DNA of 64,000 nucleotides from an uncultured Methanosarcinaceae archaeon (GTDB lineage: Archaea > Halobacteriota > Methanosarcinia > Methanosarcinales > Methanosarcinaceae). The DNA lies in NCBI GenBank assembly GCA_963833425.1, contig CAWHXP010000015.1, positions 64,001-128,000 on the forward strand. Direction: 5' to 3'. Positions 57,272 through 64,000 of this stretch are shown in pieces (position 1 is the first letter of the stretch; each line of letters opens with the position of its first letter). A model generated the notes under the pieces. The model had not been told where the DNA came from, made no database searches, and worked only from the letters and a program-made list of their open reading frames with translations. The translations under genes and the position numbers were made by a program.

Positions 57272-59485
57272 TTGAAGAAGCACAAAACCCAGATTATGTG
57301 TGATAGCAATGGAGCGTTACTCCCAATTCATTGTGCAGATATTGATAGGTTAGTTATGGATGATTTTGAAGGAAATCAAGTAGAAGTTTCCAGCGTGTCT
57401 GACCTCAGTGATCCCTGTCTGTATACGGATCGCGAATATAGCTGGCTTCAATTCAATTACAGGGTGTTAGAAGAGGCTCTCGACAATCTTAATCCTCTAC
57501 TTGAGAGAGTCAAATTCCTTTCAATCTTTGGGAGTAACCTCGATGAGTTTTTCATGGTCAGGGTTTCAGGAGTTCACAAGAAAATAGCAGAAAGAATAAA
57601 AGAAGATCTAAAAGTTGAGCTCGCCCAGCAACAGCTTCATATCATCCGAGAAGAGCTTATTAGGCAGATTCCCCTCAATGACAGCTGCTGGAATGATGTG
57701 CTTGAGCCTGCTCTCAGAGAAAATGGAATCGACTTTGTAGATTATTTTAAATTTTCTGAAACGGAAAGAGAATGGCTCAGAGATTACTTTGAAAAAAACA
57801 TTTTCCCTTTACTTACCCCTCTAGGCTTCGATTCAGGACACCCTTTTCCACACATCTCGAACCTAAGCCTTAACCTGGCAGTACTTATTGATGATCCTGA
57901 CTACGGACAGCGTTTTGCCAGGGTCAAAATACCTCCAATGTTTGCGAGGATGATTTTAGTTCCTGAGGATGGTAGGGAAGAAACAACTTCAAGTTTTGAA
58001 AATTTAAAAACCGGTCGTTTTGTGTGGATCGAACAGCTTATTGCCGCAAATCTTGACATCCTGTTTCCTGGGCAGCACATTCTAGGGGCTTATCCATTCA
58101 GAATCACACGAGATGCAGACCTTGGATTCGATGAAGATGGGGATAAAGATCTTTTGACCGCTGTAAAGCAGAGGATTGGGATAAACTACTTTGGGCCAGC
58201 TGTTAGACTTGAAATTGACTATACAATGCCCCCTAAAGTCTATGATATCCTTCTTAATAACCTAGGCCTTACTGCTTCTCTAATGTTTAAATCGGCAGCC
58301 CCTCTTGGACTTTCAAGTCTCAATAAAATTATACAGATCAACCGCCCTGAGCTCAAATACAAGCCCTTTGAATCAAGGAAACATCCTCAATTGACTGATA
58401 AGAAAAATATTTTTACTATCCTTAAAAAGAGAGACGTTCTCCTCTATCACCCCTATGATAGTTTCGAATCAGTAATTGATTTCGTAGAAGAAGCTGCCGA
58501 TGATCCAGATGTTGTTACAATCAAAATGACATTATACAGGGTAGATGACAACTCCAAGATCATTCAGGCTTTGATGAAAGCTGCAGACAAAAAAAAACAG
58601 GTTGCAGTTCTAGTGGAGCTTAAAGCACGCTTTGACGAAGAAAACAATATAGGTTGGGCAAAAGAACTTGAGCGTAAAGGCGTTCACGTAGCCTATGGTT
58701 TCCCTGGGCGCAAGACTCATGCTAAGATGTGCCTAGTAGTCAGAATCGAAAAAGAAGGAATCAAGTATTATGTGCATATGAGTACAGGAAACTATAATGC
58801 CGTCACAGGAAAACTCTACACCGATTTTGGCTATCTGACCAGTGACTCATTGGTAGGTAAGGATGTTTCTGACCTTTTTAATGCTCTTACAGGTTATTCG
58901 AAAAAGGATCATTATATCAAGCTTCTTGTTGCCCCTCAGAACCTCAGATACCAGATTCTTGAGCGCGTCAGGCGCGAGATTGACATGCACGAAAAGTACG
59001 GAAATGGGCACATGATCTTCAAGATGAATTCTCTAGTGGATGATCAGTGCATCCGGGAACTTTACAGAGCTTCTCTCATCGGAGTAAAGGTAGACCTTCT
59101 TATCAGAGGAATCTGCTGCCTCAGACCCGGTATATATGGACTCAGTGAAAAAATAAGGATTACTTCAATAGTTGGGCGCTTTCTTGAACACTCCAGAGCA
59201 TATTATTTCCGAAACGGCGGAAAAGAAGAAATTTTTATGGGCAGTGCTGATCTCATGCCGCGTAATCTGGACAACAGAGTAGAACTTCTCTTCCCCATAT
59301 CAACTACATACATTCCTATTGTAAGGGACATCATACTTGGTATCCAGCTGAAGGATAACGTAAAAGCCCGTCTGTTGCTCCCTAATGGCAGAACTGAAAT
59401 GATCCACCCAAAACCCGGAGAAAAAGAACTGGATTCTCAGCTGTGGATGCTTGAGAATAGTAAAAACTGGGATCTCGTTCTTTAG
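57272..59485 (+). CDS. ppk1: Polyphosphate kinase 1
   Basis: RE.SWLQFN.RVL, NLDEFFMVRV, HPFP, HPYDSF, ELKARFDE, KTHAK, GRFLEHSR, SADLM.RNL..RVE; true start may be an ATG at 57296 or 57356. Confidence 0.97.
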   Translation: MKKHKTQIMCDSNGALLPIHCADIDRLVMDDFEGNQVEVSSVSDLSDPCLYTDREYSWLQFNYRVLEEALDNLNPLLERVKFLSIFGSNLDEFFMVRVSGVHKKIAERIKEDLKVELAQQQLHIIREELIRQIPLNDSCWNDVLEPALRENGIDFVDYFKFSETEREWLRDYFEKNIFPLLTPLGFDSGHPFPHISNLSLNLAVLIDDPDYGQRFARVKIPPMFARMILVPEDGREETTSSFENLKTGRFVWIEQLIAANLDILFPGQHILGAYPFRITRDADLGFDEDGDKDLLTAVKQRIGINYFGPAVRLEIDYTMPPKVYDILLNNLGLTASLMFKSAAPLGLSSLNKIIQINRPELKYKPFESRKHPQLTDKKNIFTILKKRDVLLYHPYDSFESVIDFVEEAADDPDVVTIKMTLYRVDDNSKIIQALMKAADKKKQVAVLVELKARFDEENNIGWAKELERKGVHVAYGFPGRKTHAKMCLVVRIEKEGIKYYVHMSTGNYNAVTGKLYTDFGYLTSDSLVGKDVSDLFNALTGYSKKDHYIKLLVAPQNLRYQILERVRREIDMHEKYGNGHMIFKMNSLVDDQCIRELYRASLIGVKVDLLIRGICCLRPGIYGLSEKIRITSIVGRFLEHSRAYYFRNGGKEEIFMGSADLMPRNLDNRVELLFPISTTYIPIVRDIILGIQLKDNVKARLLLPNGRTEMIHPKPGEKELDSQLWMLENSKNWDLVL

Positions 59486-59719
59486 AAAGACTGAAAAATA
59501 TATCCTGTTGTCTTTTTTGTCTACTCATAATCTCACTGTAAAAATATACGCTTCAAAAGAACGAAAGAAAGCATGGAAAAAAAGGAAAATTTGATCATTT
59601 ACCTCTTCCTCCCATGTTTTCCGAATTTATACAACGCAGGATTGCTTAAAATATGAATATTTATATTTGTGCCCATATCTATTTTTGAGAATTGTAATCA
59701 TTTAGTGGGTTTACAATAA

Positions 59720-60500
59720 ATGAACAATTAAGAACTTTCATTGTTTTTTACGGTTTCTTGCAGCAATTTCAAGACAACTGTCCCGAAGCCATTCAATCGT
59801 ATTCAGTTTCAGGTATGGAGGTTGTTGTGAAGTTTTTAGTAGGTGAAATAGTCCATTCTGAACCTCAATCATAAAAAGTTTCATAAGCTTTAGAGATCTT
59901 TTTTTCTACTATAAGACCTGAAAATTTCAATGGAATCTGCGAATTTACATATACTTCGAATTTTCATTTAAAATCGCACTTCGAAGATACTGTAAATTTT
60001 TCTTTTTCTGGAAACTTTACAGCTTCCAGGAAAAGGTTAATGCTTACAAACATTCTTATAATCAACATAGATTTCTACCTTTCCGTCAAAGACCTGAAGC
60101 TCTGCGTTTCTTCTTACAAACATGTACAGAACAAAAAATTTATTGCCAAGAAAAGAAATATAAAAGTCACTCGAAATTTTTCTTGGTTCATTATGAACAA
60201 ATTTAGAAGTAGAAACCTAACTAAGGGTTCAAGTTCTCCTTCTGAAAGGGTTCAAAAGGGATTTGATAGATTGTTCCACAAGCAGTTGAATTTACTCTTT
60301 CCAACCATTTACGAACTTGGGCATTCAGCTCTTCAAGATGGATAAACCTTCTGCCAAGGAAAAGAAATCATCATTGAAGTAAAATCTTAACATGGTTTTA
60401 ATTTTTTTCGTTTTTCTTAGGCCTATAATGCCTGCATAAGAGAGGAACGAATCCTTAATATGAAAACCTCCTCAAACCGTGAGTTCCATTCAGAATCTGA
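59720..60500 (-). mobile_element. IS21-family relic (istA 3' half plus istB start), heavily degraded
   Basis: Minus-strand pieces GFVPLLCRHYRP, LEELNAQVRKWLERVNST.CGT, ISFLGNK, then YLKLNTIE..LEIAARN. Confidence 0.75.
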
Positions 60501-60578
60501 AAGAATATTATGAAACCGATTTTAGAGTCTCTTGACCCCTCAAAGAGAACGGAAAACAGGACAGTTGGGTGGTAGTCA

Positions 60579-62156
60579 ATGGAACCTCATACAAATTTTG
60601 ATGGCCGAGTTGTTGCGTTTATAGATATCGGAACTAACTCTATAAGACTCCTCCTGGTTCGGATTAATTCAAATGGGTCCTACCAGTCCCTGACCAAGCA
60701 GAAGGAGACCGTTCGGCTTGGTGAAAAGGAATTCATAGATAATATTCTGCAAACTAAGGCGATGGAACGCTCAGTTATTGTCTGCAAAAAACTAATGGAA
60801 CTTGCAAGGGCTTACAGATCAGAAGAAGTGGTAGCAGTGGCTACATCAGCGACTAGAGATGCAAGCAATAAGGTTCAATTTCTCGAAATGTTGAAAAAGG
60901 AGGCAAATCTGGAGGTCTGCACGATTTCAGGAATTGAAGAAGCCCGTTTGATTTACTTGGGGGTTTCAAGCGGGCTCCGGATCGGATATTCAAAAGCTCT
61001 TTTCATTGACATCGGAGGCGGGAGTACGGAAGTATCTGTCGGAGATCAAAGGCAATATTATTTCCTTGACTCCCTTAACCTTGGAGCCGTTCGTCTGACA
61101 AATATGTTCATCCCAGAAGAGACTGGTCCTATTTCCGAAGAACAGTATGAACAAATTAAGGTTTATGTCCGAAGCCAAGCTGTAAATGTAATAAAAGAGC
61201 TTTCCAAATACAAGATCTGCTACGCTGTTGGAAGTTCAGGAACCATAGAAAATCTTGCCAAAATCGCTTTTGTTTACCTTCACAAAACGACCTATGAGAG
61301 CTATGAAAAGTTAGAGTATGAAGACTTAAAAAAGATTGTCAAAGATATGTGCTCCTTATCCCTTGAAGAGCGACGCAACTTTCCTGGAATCAACTCGCAG
61401 AGAGCAGATATTATAATCTCAGGAGCTGCGATCATCGAGACTTTGATGACGGAGCTGGGACTTTCCAAGATAATGGTCAGTAAGCTTGGGTTAAGAGAAG
61501 GCTTACTCGTGGATTACATCTCAAAAAGCGAATTTTCCTACATGATTACTCAAATGTCTGTAAGAAAGCGCAGTATTATGCAACTTGGACTCGCCTGTAA
61601 CTTCGATGAAGAACATGCCCATATCGTCACTAACCTGGCCCTTGAACTATATGACAGTATTCAGACGCTAGGAATATATGAATTTAGGGATGGAGAAAGG
61701 GAGCTTCTTGAGTATAGTTCAACTCTGCACGATATCGGGACATTTGTCTCATATGACACCCATCAGACCCATGCTTATCATTTAATAAGGGAGAGCAATC
61801 TTCCCGGTTTTCAGCCTGAAGAAATAGAAATAATTGCAAATCTTGTTTATTTTCACAGGAAAAACATTCCTAAAAAAAAACACTCAAATTTCACTGGGCT
61901 TAATAAAGATACAGTAAAAAGCATTCGGATCCTGAGTGCCATTCTACGCATAGCAGAAAGTCTTGACCGCTCCCATACAGGTAGTATCTATAATGTTCGA
62001 TTTTACATTGCCTCTACTGATAGCCTTGTGCTTGAAATACATGCCAATAGAGAGTGCCATCTCGAGATATGGGAAGTAGAGAAACATAAAAAGTATTTCA
62101 AGAAAATTTTTGGATACAGCATCCAATCCAAAGTTATTGTAGAACAGGATGCTTAG
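60579..62156 (+). CDS. ppx: Exopolyphosphatase (Ppx/GppA family, with HD domain)
   Basis: IDIGTNSIRL, VATSA.RDA, G.EEARL, DIGGGSTE, GLREG, LHDIG. Confidence 0.95.
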   Translation: MEPHTNFDGRVVAFIDIGTNSIRLLLVRINSNGSYQSLTKQKETVRLGEKEFIDNILQTKAMERSVIVCKKLMELARAYRSEEVVAVATSATRDASNKVQFLEMLKKEANLEVCTISGIEEARLIYLGVSSGLRIGYSKALFIDIGGGSTEVSVGDQRQYYFLDSLNLGAVRLTNMFIPEETGPISEEQYEQIKVYVRSQAVNVIKELSKYKICYAVGSSGTIENLAKIAFVYLHKTTYESYEKLEYEDLKKIVKDMCSLSLEERRNFPGINSQRADIIISGAAIIETLMTELGLSKIMVSKLGLREGLLVDYISKSEFSYMITQMSVRKRSIMQLGLACNFDEEHAHIVTNLALELYDSIQTLGIYEFRDGERELLEYSSTLHDIGTFVSYDTHQTHAYHLIRESNLPGFQPEEIEIIANLVYFHRKNIPKKKHSNFTGLNKDTVKSIRILSAILRIAESLDRSHTGSIYNVRFYIASTDSLVLEIHANRECHLEIWEVEKHKKYFKKIFGYSIQSKVIVEQDA

Positions 62157-62309
62157 GCTTAGTTAATTATTGAAGGAAGTACATAATTTGTGAAATATAG
62201 AAATTGAGATATCCACAAAAAATTAAAAATTTGTAATTTAAGAGAATTTCGGTAAATCTCTAATTTTCTTATTTTCTTATATATGCACAAATATGACTCA
62301 GGAAAAGCA

Positions 62310-62500
62310 AAAGTTATGATTTAACTATGTAAAGAGCAGTAAAAAATACCCTATAGGAATGAGTACTATATCAAGAAACAAGAAAATCAGCTCAAAAAGG
62401 TCTCAATAAGAACTAGTTTATTCAGTAACTAAAAAGATATTCAAGACTGAAAAAGTCCTTTAAGCTGCTGTTTAAGAGTGAATCATTGATCTTGGTATTT
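62310..62500 (+). mobile_element. Possible IS5-family transposase C-terminal relic
   Basis: Degraded RNKKISSKR...VYSVTKKIFK..KV...RVN. Confidence 0.45.
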
Positions 62501-63016
62501 ACATAATTTTTAAAATGTTGTAATAACAGAATCAATACATTCTTTTGACTTTAATTCTAGTTTAGGATCATATTCAGACTTATATCAAAGTAGATATATA
62601 TTAAAGCGTTTTACAGTAGCTAAAGATATCTGAAAGTGTCGTTTATGTGAAAGTGAAAATTAGTGAGGTACTAGCATCGAAAAATTAGGAGTTAACTCGA
62701 TACTTGTAAGAAAAAAATGTACTCCAATAAACCAAAAAATATAAAATAGTTTTATACACACCAAAGGTTCAAGAGGTTAGTTCGAAATCTTTGAGTAATT
62801 AATTCAATAGTAAAACAGGAGTATCAATAAGCCTTAAAATTCGAATAAATCGGATATTTCAAAGATATTTTCTGAAGAATATTGCCATTAGAAGCAGAAT
62901 TTAGAATCGTAGTTAGGTTGTTTTGGTTGTGAAAAATGGAAAAATAAAAAAGAGTTTCTAGACTAAAATCATTTCAATATAAAATACAAAAATAATCTGC
63001 AGGAAAGACTTAAAAA

Positions 63017-63640
63017 TCAGTCATCAACGACAAAAAAGTATCCAGGAGGTATCTTTTCTGCAAGTGCTATGTAATCTGTTGCAAGCTTTACAGAAATCCC
63101 ATCTTGATGGGCTTTTAAAGCGTCTATTTGAAGAATCAATGGATTTTCAGTGTGAATAAGAGCTACTTCTTTTGCCTTTTCATACGAAGTGCTGAGATGA
63201 ATATAGCGCTGTTTTATTGGAAAAATTCCGTTTTCCAGCAGAACATCGATTTCTTCAGGGCTCACACCATAGTATAAATATGGTAAATTGCTTTCCGGAT
63301 AGTCCAGATCAATACCGACAGAGTGACCATAACGTGCCCTGATTCTGGAATCATGAATTTCATACCTACCCTTTCTATCTGATTCTACAAGAGCATAAAG
63401 ATATTCCTTCCTCATCCAGTTGTACCGCTTCTCTATAACTTCACAAAAAGAGTTTAGATTTACCCAGCCGCGTTTGTCCATTTTGACCCCTACAGATGCT
63501 GGAAAATGCCTGAGAGTGCCTGATACAAACCTGCCAAGCTTTTCCTCCCTGCTATCATCCAGCAAGTATCTGCCAGGATGTTTACACTGCAGACAGCTGC
63601 CCCCTCTAAAATAGCCGTGCACAGTGCATTTTCGAATCAT
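63017..63640 (-). CDS. kptA: RNA 2'-phosphotransferase (Tpt1/KptA)
   Basis: SGTLRH, D.RGWV, DRKGRY, IRARYGHS, YIHLS. Confidence 0.93.
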   Translation of the reverse strand: MIRKCTVHGYFRGGSCLQCKHPGRYLLDDSREEKLGRFVSGTLRHFPASVGVKMDKRGWVNLNSFCEVIEKRYNWMRKEYLYALVESDRKGRYEIHDSRIRARYGHSVGIDLDYPESNLPYLYYGVSPEEIDVLLENGIFPIKQRYIHLSTSYEKAKEVALIHTENPLILQIDALKAHQDGISVKLATDYIALAEKIPPGYFFVVDD

Positions 63641-64000
63641 GATATCAGGTACATAATAAAACTTTACTATAAATAAGGTTTCCTCTGGAAAAATTGGTCA
63701 GCCAGAAACAGGAGTGGTGTATGCACCCCCTCCAGTTGGCACATCTACAATTATATCTAGCACGAAGAGAGTATCAATCATATCCTATTCAGCAACCTGA
63801 ATCGGAGAGGAAGTCCGATCAAATTTGACGGGTTTCGATATTTTTGATATTGTACTTTCACTTTCTTCATACATTTTCCTGTATTAGCGAATTATTTAAT
63901 ATGTAAAGAACTTTTCTTTCGAGTGTAAATGTGATTTTTTGATCCATCATCGTCTGTGTTCCTAAAAAAATTTTCAACCTTGAATTAATGGGTCTTTATA

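Noticed and set aside
51035..63640. RNA ligase plus kptA as an RNA-repair operon
   Set aside because: They are about 11 kb apart and separated by htpX, ppk1, ppx and IS relics; both are ordinary archaeal genes and nothing shows co-regulation.

Overview
Archaeal chromosomal window, most consistent with a Methanosarcina-like methanogen (archaeal purP, TIGR01177 tRNA methyltransferase, Pab1020-type RNA ligase, kptA and short archaeal pyrH). Housekeeping genes are intact: ppdK 3' end, purP, truA, trm11-like, pyrH, larB, larC, asd, ferredoxin, RNA ligase, htpX, ppk1, ppx, kptA. They are separated by two decayed accessory regions (about 6.3-29.0 kb and 31-45.4 kb) rich in frameshifted or deleted genes: katG, arylsulfatase, ltrA, Zn-dependent aldehyde dehydrogenase, NRAMP, CDGSH protein, vapBC, TPR proteins. 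Mobile DNA is dense: one complete and two partial IS6 copies, a 149-bp IS6-ended mini-element, IS21, ISAs1, IS5-like and IS200/IS605 (tnpA, tnpB) relics, and several short IR-bounded MITE-like units. The most unusual items are a family-A DNA polymerase relic with a partner HTH-like gene and nested inverted repeats, an intact bulb-type lectin gene between inverted IS6 copies, and microhomology deletion scars. I saw no tRNA, rRNA or CRISPR array. I cannot claim an intact new system from sequence alone. All family calls are motif recognition by eye, not database searches.
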